Translations under genes and position numbers: made by a program
Shown: positions 31,608 to 39,616 of the stretch, piece by piece
Layout of the letters: every line of letters starts with the position of its first letter
How positions within the stretch are numbered: position 1 is the stretch's first letter
Notes under the pieces: generated by a model
Told to the model about the DNA's origin: nothing
The model's input: only the letters and a program-made list of their open reading frames with translations
The model's database searches: none
From: a virus
Length of the DNA: 64,000 nt
Reading direction: 5' to 3' (one strand)
IMG/VR virus record: IMGVR_UViG_3300031718_000001
Span: 64,001-128,000 of that record

Positions 31608-31683
31608 CGCGGGGTGGAGCAGCTCGGTTGTGCTCGCTGGACTCATAATCCAGAGGTCGCCAGTTCAAATCTGGCCCCCGCTA
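31608..31683 (+). tRNA. tRNA-fMet-like (CAU)
   Basis: CGCGGGG acceptor with C1:U72 mismatch; A11:U24; loop CTCATAA. Confidence 0.82.
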
Positions 31684-31687
31684 CCGA

Positions 31688-31760
31688 TCCGGCGTAGCTC
31701 AGTTGGCAGAGCGCCTCTCTGTTAAAGAGGATGCCACTGGTTCGAGACCAGTCGCCGGAG
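31688..31760 (+). tRNA. tRNA-Asn(GUU)
   Basis: Cloverleaf; loop CTGTTAA. Confidence 0.87.
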
Positions 31761-31770
31761 CGTTTCCCGA

Positions 31771-31845
31771 GGTGGCGTAACTCAGCCAGGCCAGAGTGCC
31801 AGCCCGTCAAGCTGGAAGCCGCGGGTCCGAATCCCGTCGTCACCG
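31771..31845 (+). tRNA. tRNA-Asp(GUC)
   Basis: Cloverleaf; loop CCGTCAA (C33). Confidence 0.82.
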
Positions 31846-31993
31846 CGATCAGCGAGAGTCACCGGCAGAAAGACAAGCTGCGCTGCTGTCCGGCAGCGCA
31901 CTGCTCTCGCTGGCATACGTGCGGGCCTGCCCGCGCCGACACCGCCTGGGGCAGGCCAGGATGGGAAGCGCCCGCCGGGGTGCAGCAGGCAGA

Positions 31994-32065
31994 GGCTGTT
32001 TAGCTCAGCGGGAGAGCGCTGCCCCGACAAGGCAGAGGTCCTGGGTTCAGCTCCCAGAGCAGCCA
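31994..32065 (+). tRNA. tRNA-Val(GAC)
   Basis: Cloverleaf; loop CCGACAA (C33). Confidence 0.82.
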
Positions 32066-32066
32066 C

Positions 32067-32201
32067 TTACTTGTCGAGGCCGGCGCCCTGCCGCATCTTC
32101 CGGTGCTCGCTGTCCGCGAGATGACGGATCGCCCGGCCGCCTCCCAGGCGGTACCCGACAGCGAGGCCGATGACGATTCCGACAATCAACATAGCAATCA
32201 T
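32067..32201 (-). CDS. Small membrane protein (44 aa, not in ORF track)
   Basis: MIAMLIVGIVIGLAVGYRLGG..; fills the gap between tRNAs. Confidence 0.4.
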   Translation of the reverse strand: MIAMLIVGIVIGLAVGYRLGGGRAIRHLADSEHRKMRQGAGLDK

Positions 32202-32241
32202 GCTTGTATTGTCTCAGAACGGACAGACAGGCAGCAATCAT

Positions 32242-32314
<73 letters not shown>

Positions 32315-32341
32315 CGAGCCCTGGCGAAAGGCCGGGGACAT

Positions 32342-32417
32342 GGTGGCTGTAGCTCAGTCAGGTTAGAGCGCTAGGTTGTGGTCCTAGATGTCGCGAGTTC
32401 AAATCTCGTCAGCCACC
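32342..32417 (+). tRNA. tRNA-His(GUG)
   Basis: G-1:C73; loop TTGTGGT. Confidence 0.9.
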
Positions 32418-32421
32418 CCCA

Positions 32422-32495
32422 GGGCGATTAGCTCAGCATGGGAGAGCGCTCCGTTCACACCGGAGAGGTCACCGGTTCAAACCCGTTATCGCCCA
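32422..32495 (+). tRNA. tRNA-Val(CAC)
   Basis: Cloverleaf; loop TTCACAC. Confidence 0.85.
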
Positions 32496-32499
32496 CCCT

Positions 32500-32584
32500 G
32501 GCGGAAGTGAGCGGCAGCACGCTCAGCGGTCTGTAAAACCGTGGCCTCCGGGCAGATCTGGGCCGGCACCAGATTCCGCCACCA
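32500..32584 (+). tRNA. Atypical tRNA-Tyr(GUA)
   Basis: GGCGGAA/TTCCGCC-A-CCA; loop CTGTAAA; variable arm; non-canonical D and T loops. Confidence 0.7.
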
Positions 32585-32585
32585 T

Positions 32586-32658
32586 GCGCTCGTAGCTCAG
32601 TGGACAGAGCGGCGGCCTCCGGAGCCGCAGGTCGGGGGTCCGATTCCCTTCGAGCGCG
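32586..32658 (+). tRNA. tRNA-Arg(CCG)
   Basis: Cloverleaf; loop CTCCGGA. Confidence 0.86.
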
Positions 32659-32722
32659 CTGGCCGGCAGGTGAGCAGGCTGACACCGCCTTCGGGCTCAG
32701 CCCCCTGCCGGCCTCCAGTCCT

Positions 32723-32797
32723 GGCGGGTTGGCCGAGTGGATCAGGCATGCGCCTGCAAAGCGCAGTACACGGGTCCGATTCCCGTACCCGCCTCCA
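32723..32797 (+). tRNA. tRNA-Cys(GCA)
   Basis: U73 plus CCA; loop CTGCAAA. Confidence 0.87.
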
Positions 32798-32798
32798 G

Positions 32799-32872
32799 GA
32801 CCCTGTAGCTCAGCCGGATAGAGCACCTGCCCCCTAAGCAGGGCGTCGCGCGTTCGAGTCGCGCCAGGGCCG
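32799..32872 (+). tRNA. tRNA-Arg(CCU)
   Basis: Cloverleaf; loop CCCCTAA (C33). Confidence 0.8.
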
Positions 32873-32926
32873 CTATGTGTTCCCGCTGTTGAGACGCTCC
32901 TCGCCCCGGAAGGTATAGGAGGAGAC

Positions 32927-33262
32927 GTGACCACACCCCAGATCCCGCCGGACACCGCCGCCGCCGGCCAGACCGGCCATATCGAGGCGCATAACCAGAT
33001 CTCCGAAGTGCTCACAGCCATGGCCGCCCAGCTCGGCGCAATCCCGCCGATATCCTGGGGGAGGGTCACACTGGTCAGCGGATCCGTTAGCGTCACGCTG
33101 CCCGCGGTGGATGCCGAGTCGGTAGTCCTGGTCAGCCGGATGACGCCATCGGGCACCATCGGGCACCTGTCGGTTCCGTCGGTCACGCCAGGCACGGGCT
33201 TCACGATCACGTCCTCCTCGGCGAGCGATAACTCGCTCGTCGGCTACGCGGTGCTCGGCTAG
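32927..33262 (+). CDS. Small virion protein (putative)
   Basis: Late motif and GGAGG RBS; beta-rich Ser/Thr composition. Confidence 0.55.
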   Translation: MTTPQIPPDTAAAGQTGHIEAHNQISEVLTAMAAQLGAIPPISWGRVTLVSGSVSVTLPAVDAESVVLVSRMTPSGTIGHLSVPSVTPGTGFTITSSSASDNSLVGYAVLG

Positions 33263-33304
33263 CAAGACCGCCCAGGCAAGCCCAGAAGGATCAGGAGGAC
33301 CCAA

Positions 33305-33847
33305 GTGACCATGACGGATGTGGGCTCGCTGCCCAGCATGCTCGACACGTCCACGGTGATGTGCCAGAACCAGATGACCGGCCCGACGGTGATCGCGGCT
33401 GACGCCAAGCGCAACTACGAGATCATCTTCCAGGGCAAGGGCCATCCGGACGGCGAGGACGTGCAGGCAATCCCGGAGTACCTGCTGCGGACCCCGCAGT
33501 TCCAGAAGGCGCTGCGCCAGGGCATCTTCAAGGTGATCGAAGGCGATGACCACCCGATCGTCGTCGCGGCCATGCGGCGCCAGACCGACGCCTTCCAGAA
33601 GCGCATGGCGGCCGACAACCTGGCTGCCCGCGAGGTGCTCGACGAGGCGGCCGACAACGACATCGTGATCGTTACCTGCATCGGCCCCGGGTCGCGCGAG
33701 GGCGCTGTCTGCGGCGAGCAGGTTCCCGTCAAGGACAAGGACCAGGCCGGCCGGCCGCCGCTGTGCGACCGGCACCAGCACCTGTCCGACTTCTGCTTCA
33801 AGCGCGGCAGCAACCCCTGGGTGCTGGATGCGGAGGGCCTGCTCTGA
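33305..33847 (+). CDS. Hypothetical morphogenesis-region protein
   Basis: Late motif and AGGAGG RBS; C-terminal Cys/His cluster. Confidence 0.6.
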   Translation: MTMTDVGSLPSMLDTSTVMCQNQMTGPTVIAADAKRNYEIIFQGKGHPDGEDVQAIPEYLLRTPQFQKALRQGIFKVIEGDDHPIVVAAMRRQTDAFQKRMAADNLAAREVLDEAADNDIVIVTCIGPGSREGAVCGEQVPVKDKDQAGRPPLCDRHQHLSDFCFKRGSNPWVLDAEGLL

Positions 33848-33848
33848 C

Positions 33849-34271
33849 ATGACCCGCAACGCCCCCGACCCGGCCGCGATGACGGGCACCTACGACACGA
33901 CGGAGACCGCCGGCCCCGACGCCCCGCACACGGAGCTGCGCGGCGTTACGGCGGCCTTCGACCGTGCCCGTGCGACCGACCTGGCGTGGGCGCTGCGCGC
34001 CATGGACCCCGAGGACGAGCAGGTCAGCCCGAACGTGGTGCAGACCTCGCCCGGCCTCACCGTCAACCGCGGGGATCCGGACGAGGACAAGCGCCGCGTA
34101 TCGGCCGCCGCCCAGCGCGCCAGGGAGCACCTGGAGCAGGCCGGGCTGGAGGTCGATCCGGTGAGCGGCGCCGTCCGGACCCGCGACCACAGCGCTCCCT
34201 GGATGAACCAGGCGAGCAGCCTCGGGCCGATGGTGACCGTGGACGATACGAGCGACCGGAGCGCAGGATGA
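33849..34271 (+). CDS. Hypothetical protein
   Basis: Coupled to both neighbours. Confidence 0.55.
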   Translation: MTRNAPDPAAMTGTYDTTETAGPDAPHTELRGVTAAFDRARATDLAWALRAMDPEDEQVSPNVVQTSPGLTVNRGDPDEDKRRVSAAAQRAREHLEQAGLEVDPVSGAVRTRDHSAPWMNQASSLGPMVTVDDTSDRSAG

Positions 34272-36622
34272 CCACCCCCAATTTCCTCGGCGTTGCCGAC
34301 CCGTACGGCGTCCCGGTCGAGCCGGTCACCGAGCAGGCAGACACGATCACGCTGAACCACGCGACGCCCGCAGCGCTCAGCAGGGCGGGCATCGTCTCCT
34401 ACCCCAGCCTGGAGACAGCCCAGGCCTCGCCGACCGCCGACGTGATCACCGTCTACGACGTGACCACATCGAAGGCGCTGATCCTGAACACCGACTACAC
34501 GCTGACCGCTTCGGGCACCAGGCCGGAGACGATCACCTACTCGGTCACCAGGATCAGCGCCTCGGCGAACTCGGCCGACGGCGACACCGCGCGGGTCACT
34601 TACCGCTACGGCACCCAGCAGGACGAGAACTACCTGCTCGGCGAGTTCCAGGGCGAGCCCGGTGCCGCGCCCGCCGGGACAGCGTTCGAGGCATCCAGCG
34701 ACCCGACCACCGGCTCGACCGTGGCCGGCATCGGCGAGCAGGGAGCAGGCGGGTCGCTGACTGACCCGGCAATGGGCAGCCAGTCCAGCTCCGAGACCGG
34801 CGCCCCCGGGTCGGAGTACGCGGTCAACGAGGTCGAGCCCGGCGCGCTCGGCTACCCGCTGGGGTCGCCCGACACGAACCCCGTCTACGGCGGCGACACA
34901 CCGGAGAGCTACTCGCCGGTCAGCACCGCATACTCGGCGACCCTGGACACCACTGCGGCCGGAGGCTCCGACCTGGTGCCCTCGATGTACTCCAGCCCGC
35001 CCGGGTACCGGGCGCCGTCCTCCGGCGTGGCCGCTTCCACGAAAGACACCACGCTCACGGACATCCTGGGGAACGCGATTAACGCGAACCCGGTGCTGAC
35101 GGACTCGTCCTACGCCGCGATGAACGTGGACACCAGCTACGTCGGCGCCCCGGCCGAGCCCACCTCGCTGGACACCCAGGCCGATGCGTTCCTGGCGGAC
35201 CAGCCGGGCCAGCCCGACTACCTCAGCCAGCAGGGCATCGTGCCGTCCTCGGTCGTGGTCACGGACACCACGACCAGCACCGTCCTGGTGCTGGGCACGG
35301 ACTACACGCTCACCGTCGCCGGCAATGGCCCGAGCACCGTCGCCTACATAACTCCCGAGACCGGATCCGGCTTCACGGCGGGGAACAACATCTCGGTCGC
35401 CTACTCCTACGGTGACCAGACCTACTGGGACTCCAACCCGCCCGTATCGGTGCCAGGTGCGCCGACGATCACCGGGGTGGAAGCGGTCAACCGCGGTGCC
35501 CAGATCACCTGGGAGGCCCCTGCCGGAACGGTGCCCATCGACTACTACCTGGTCAAGGCCAGCGACCTGGGCACGATGTACGTGCCCGTCACCGGCCAGC
35601 CGGTGGATTACGGCCAGCCGGCTCCGTCCGGCGGCGCGCAGACCGGACAGCCGACCTACCAGGCCGACACGCTCACCCTGGAGGCCGCGGCAATCGCGGC
35701 CCCGGCCGCGCCGGCTCCCACGCAGACGACTACCGGGGGCACCGTCGCAGCGGGAACGTACAAGGCGGCCGTGACCTACGTCAACGCCGACGGCGAGACC
35801 GTGGCGTCGGCCCAGGGCACCGTAGTCACCACCACGGGTGCCTCGACGATCACCGTCCCGTCCCCGGCTGCCTCTGCCGGGGCAACCGGGTGGTACGCGT
35901 ACGTCTCCCAGGCGGGAGGCTCGGTGCTGACCCGCCAGCAGGCCGCGGGCTCGCCGTCGATCATCGGCACCCCCCTGGTGCTGACCGCCCCGCCTACCTC
36001 CTCGGGCGTCACTGCGCCGGCCCTGAACACCACGCTGCCGACGCTCTCGAAGTCCGGCATCCTGACCCCGCCGAACGCGCTGATCGTGCGCGACATCACC
36101 TCCGCCCAGCAGAGCATCCTCACCAGCGGCGAGATCGCCGGAGGCGAGGGCGACCCGCTCCAGGCCGACGGCCAGGTCCTGGAGTACGGCTACGACTACA
36201 CGGTGACCGAGATCGGCACCGGCCCCTGGGTCCAGTACCAGATTGCCCTGGCCGAGGGATCGGTCAACGCCTCCGCCGGGGACCAGATCATCGTCGAGTA
36301 CTGGTGGGGCGCCGACCCATCCTCGGTCAGCGCGGTGTTCACCCAGGGCCTGGTCGAGAACACGCCGGTCATCTACCGGCCGGACGGCACGACCCCGTAC
36401 AGCCAGGGCTACCGGTTCGCCGTGGCCGCAGCTAACCGGATCGGCGTCGGACCCTATTCCGCCTGGTCCGCCTACGTGGTGCCGCTCAACTACAACGAGC
36501 CGCAGCCCGGCAGCGAGGGCTCGATCAACGTCGGCACCGGCTCGCTTGACCCGGCAAACGCGATCAACCCGATCTACCGTCCGGACGGCACGGTAAAGAG
36601 CGGTACCGGCCTGGGAGGCTAA
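34268..36622 (+). CDS. Large virion protein with Ig/FN3-like repeats
   Basis: ATG 34268 overlaps upstream stop; three DYTLT/DYTVT repeats; PGAPT..ITWEAP..YYLV and YRFAVAAANRIGVGPYS FN3 motifs. Confidence 0.65.
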   Translation: MTTPNFLGVADPYGVPVEPVTEQADTITLNHATPAALSRAGIVSYPSLETAQASPTADVITVYDVTTSKALILNTDYTLTASGTRPETITYSVTRISASANSADGDTARVTYRYGTQQDENYLLGEFQGEPGAAPAGTAFEASSDPTTGSTVAGIGEQGAGGSLTDPAMGSQSSSETGAPGSEYAVNEVEPGALGYPLGSPDTNPVYGGDTPESYSPVSTAYSATLDTTAAGGSDLVPSMYSSPPGYRAPSSGVAASTKDTTLTDILGNAINANPVLTDSSYAAMNVDTSYVGAPAEPTSLDTQADAFLADQPGQPDYLSQQGIVPSSVVVTDTTTSTVLVLGTDYTLTVAGNGPSTVAYITPETGSGFTAGNNISVAYSYGDQTYWDSNPPVSVPGAPTITGVEAVNRGAQITWEAPAGTVPIDYYLVKASDLGTMYVPVTGQPVDYGQPAPSGGAQTGQPTYQADTLTLEAAAIAAPAAPAPTQTTTGGTVAAGTYKAAVTYVNADGETVASAQGTVVTTTGASTITVPSPAASAGATGWYAYVSQAGGSVLTRQQAAGSPSIIGTPLVLTAPPTSSGVTAPALNTTLPTLSKSGILTPPNALIVRDITSAQQSILTSGEIAGGEGDPLQADGQVLEYGYDYTVTEIGTGPWVQYQIALAEGSVNASAGDQIIVEYWWGADPSSVSAVFTQGLVENTPVIYRPDGTTPYSQGYRFAVAAANRIGVGPYSAWSAYVVPLNYNEPQPGSEGSINVGTGSLDPANAINPIYRPDGTVKSGTGLGG

Positions 36623-36626
36623 GCCT

Positions 36627-37286
36627 GTGGCGACCTACTCGACGATGCTCGGTCTCAAGCTCAACGGCGAGGCCGACCCGTTCCAGCTCTCGGATTTCGT
36701 CGCGAACTGGGGCGTGCTCGACGCATCGCCGGGCATCTTCGTCTGCACGTCCACCTCCCAGCCGAACTGGGACACCAGCCAGGCCGGCCGCATGATCTTC
36801 ATGACCGACCTCAAGCAGATCGCCTACTGGACCGGTACCGCCTGGGCCGAGCTGCGGGACGCCTCCCCCGTGTTCGCCGGCGGTACCTACATCAACAAGC
36901 TGGTCAACCCGGGTACCTCGCCGACGTTCAGCGTGCTGACCCTGACCACGCCGCGGCCGTGTGCCCTGGCCATCTGGCTGTCCGCCACCTACAACTGGCC
37001 GAACAACCAGACCCAGGACGGCTACCAGGTCATCACGTTCGACGGAGTGGCCGGGTTCATGGGCGGCTTCCGCGAGCAGGTGCGGTTCGCGGGGAACAGC
37101 GGCGATTCCAGCGCCAACACCGGCAACAACATGGTCTCGATGCAGATCATCCCGTCGGTCTCTGCCGGCCAGCACGTAATCGGCGTGCAGCCGCAGATCT
37201 CCAGCTCCTACAAGGTCGCCGTCAACCTGGTGGGCGTGAAGATCCTGGCGATGATGGCCGTCTACGCCTCGGGGAATGCCCTGTGA
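36627..37286 (+). CDS. Minor virion protein (putative)
   Basis: Operonic; GRMIFMTD..YWTGTAW motif seen in fibre proteins. Confidence 0.55.
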   Translation: MATYSTMLGLKLNGEADPFQLSDFVANWGVLDASPGIFVCTSTSQPNWDTSQAGRMIFMTDLKQIAYWTGTAWAELRDASPVFAGGTYINKLVNPGTSPTFSVLTLTTPRPCALAIWLSATYNWPNNQTQDGYQVITFDGVAGFMGGFREQVRFAGNSGDSSANTGNNMVSMQIIPSVSAGQHVIGVQPQISSSYKVAVNLVGVKILAMMAVYASGNAL

Positions 37287-37287
37287 C

Positions 37288-38187
37288 ATGACCATCACCG
37301 ATCCCGGGCTGATCGACTGGCGCGAGCGCCAGTACCTGTCCCAGTTCTCCCGGCCGCCGCTCGGGTTCACGGTGTACATCGGCGGCCAGCCGGCTGACCC
37401 GGACGGGGCGGCGATGACGGCCCGCCTGCTGCGCCAGAATCCAGACGGCACCTCAACCCTGATCAACACCTACTCTGCTGCCCGCGAGCAGCCGGGGGTC
37501 TACGAGGTAACCCCATCCTCGGCCGACACCCAGAACCCTGGCTACGCCGACCTGATCTGGATGTACACCGTCAGCGGCCAGCCGCAGCAGTACGCCTCCT
37601 ACCTGGAGATCGGACCCGCGAACCCGTCCTACGACATGCTGCCGCTGCTGATGCAGGACTTCCTGAATGACCAGGTGTGGGTGCGGTTCGCCGACCTCTT
37701 CGACTCGGCCGGGGGCGGCCCCAATCTCCAGAGCTACTTCCAGGCGCACTGGAGCCGCGGGCGCGTCGCCCAGCTCATGGGCATCGCCCTGAGCAAGATC
37801 AACGCCGCCGCCCAGCCGTGGTCGAACTACACCCTCGACGGCAACGGCGGTCCCCTGTACCAGATCCAGTTCTGGGGCGGCCTGCTGGCCAGCTACACCT
37901 ACATCGAGTGCGTCAAGCAGCTCATCCGCGCCTACACCGAGCAGGCCGCCTTCCAGGGACCGCCGATCGCCCGGCAGGACCGGCGCGACTACACCGACCG
38001 GTGGCGGGCAGCGCTCCAGGACGAGATGGCCGAGCTGAAGTCCATGCTCGACGTGTTCAAGATCCGGCACATCCTGAACGGCTCGCCCCGGGTCCTGGTC
38101 TCCGGAGGCACTTACGGACGTTATGCGCCGACGCGCATCGCTGGCTCGGTCGCAGCGCGCCCCCGGATGTGGGCTCGTTGGTATTAG
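37288..38187 (+). CDS. Head-to-tail adaptor (putative)
   Basis: Position in the neck module; ALSKINAA and RRDYTDRWR motifs. Confidence 0.5.
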   Translation: MTITDPGLIDWRERQYLSQFSRPPLGFTVYIGGQPADPDGAAMTARLLRQNPDGTSTLINTYSAAREQPGVYEVTPSSADTQNPGYADLIWMYTVSGQPQQYASYLEIGPANPSYDMLPLLMQDFLNDQVWVRFADLFDSAGGGPNLQSYFQAHWSRGRVAQLMGIALSKINAAAQPWSNYTLDGNGGPLYQIQFWGGLLASYTYIECVKQLIRAYTEQAAFQGPPIARQDRRDYTDRWRAALQDEMAELKSMLDVFKIRHILNGSPRVLVSGGTYGRYAPTRIAGSVAARPRMWARWY

Positions 38188-38200
38188 GGTACGTAGCGGC

Positions 38201-38401
38201 ATGGACGATCCGCAGGAGAGGCTTACCGGGCTGACCCCCGAGGAGGCCGAGGGACTGCGCGCACTCAGCTCGTTCGTCCGGGCGGTGACGCCGGAGGAAG
38301 CCGAGCGCCGGGCCAGGCCGTACACGATGAGTGAGGGCGGGCACCTCACGCGGGACCAGATAATCCTGACGCTGCTGGAGATCGACGCAGGCTGGGCATA
38401 G
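38201..38401 (+). CDS. Small hypothetical protein
   Basis: Plausible ORF from ATG 38201. Confidence 0.4.
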   Translation: MDDPQERLTGLTPEEAEGLRALSSFVRAVTPEEAERRARPYTMSEGGHLTRDQIILTLLEIDAGWA

Positions 38402-38424
38402 CTGCTGATGTAGCCTTCCTTGCC

Positions 38425-39063
38425 ATGACCGGAATCACCGACATTGCCGGCGTCTACTGCCCGATGGGCTGCGGCCGGACGCTTCACCTGATGCCCAGCG
38501 GAATGATCCAGTGCCTGGAGAAGGACTGCCCGAATCCGGGGGCAGCGCAGACGATCCTGTCCAATCCTGAGACCACCGACATCGTGGTGTTCGGAACGGA
38601 CAGCTACACCGTGCTGCACCCGCTCAAGGAAAGGCTCGGCGACCTTTTCTCGTGCGAGGTTCACGCGGCATGCGGCCGGCTCCCGGGGCCGCCAGGCGGA
38701 GAGCCCGGCCGGTACCGCGCCACCTATACGGGCGATGAGCTGTCCCTGGCGCCGATCGACGAGGACCCGCTGGCACTCACGCTCAACCCGGCCCGGCTGA
38801 GTGCCGTCCTGACCCTGATCGACGGCACGGCCGTGGAGATCCCCGAGATCCCGCCTGCCCGGCCGGTGCCCGGCGGCCCGGTCAAGGTGGACATCCCGTA
38901 CCCCGCCAGTGCCAGGATCGCCACGGTGACCAGGGCCGTCATCATCAACAGGGACCTGGGCATCAGTTTCCCGCAGGATGTCTGGCCGCAGATGACCCTC
39001 CGGCCCGGCGACATGCTGACCCTGACCTTCGCGCTGGGCATGGACGCGGCCTCGGCCACGTAA
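38425..39063 (+). CDS. Hypothetical protein with N-terminal Zn ribbon
   Basis: YCPMGCGRTL..IQCLEKDCPNP. Confidence 0.6.
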   Translation: MTGITDIAGVYCPMGCGRTLHLMPSGMIQCLEKDCPNPGAAQTILSNPETTDIVVFGTDSYTVLHPLKERLGDLFSCEVHAACGRLPGPPGGEPGRYRATYTGDELSLAPIDEDPLALTLNPARLSAVLTLIDGTAVEIPEIPPARPVPGGPVKVDIPYPASARIATVTRAVIINRDLGISFPQDVWPQMTLRPGDMLTLTFALGMDAASAT

Positions 39064-39162
39064 AGCCCGCGCTCTCCGCGCCCAGGTGCGCTACAGTGGC
39101 CACACAACGTCATAGCCTAGCTTCGCGGCCCCCCCCAGGGCCGCGGCGCTGAAGCCCCACAG

Positions 39163-39200
39163 GACCCCGCCTCTCCCCCCGATGGCGGGGTCTTTCTTTT
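39163..39200 (+). terminator. Intrinsic terminator
   Basis: GACCCCGCC/GGCGGGGTC followed by TTTCTTTT; late motif follows directly. Confidence 0.7.
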
Positions 39201-39232
39201 CCCCCGGAAGGTGCGAGACCGGAAGGGGAACC

Positions 39233-39613
39233 ATGGCGGAGATCACGATGCCGGGGGCGACAGAGGCCCCGACCTCGAAGCTCGACCGCTCGCTGGGCTA
39301 CATCCCGCGGGCGCTGGCCAGTCACTCGCACGTCATCCTGCTGCTGCTGCTGGGCCTTTACCTGATCGTGCTGCCGCTGTTCAGCGTCCACGTCTCCGCT
39401 GGCGCCGAGCTGATCGGCGGCAACTACTGCAACGTCACATCAGACATCGGCGCGTGCATCGCCGCCGGCGGGACGCTCACCATCCTGCACCGCACCCGCA
39501 GGCAGCACCGGGTCCAGGAGGCAACCCACCGGATCATCGCCGACCTGTACTTCCATCACGTCGGCGAGCGCCACGAGGCGGCCATCCCGGAGATCGTCAC
39601 CCCGCAGGAGTAG
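39233..39613 (+). CDS. Membrane protein
   Basis: VILLLLLGLYLIVLPLF; AAGGGG RBS. Confidence 0.55.
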   Translation: MAEITMPGATEAPTSKLDRSLGYIPRALASHSHVILLLLLGLYLIVLPLFSVHVSAGAELIGGNYCNVTSDIGACIAAGGTLTILHRTRRQHRVQEATHRIIADLYFHHVGERHEAAIPEIVTPQE

Positions 39614-39616
39614 CCC

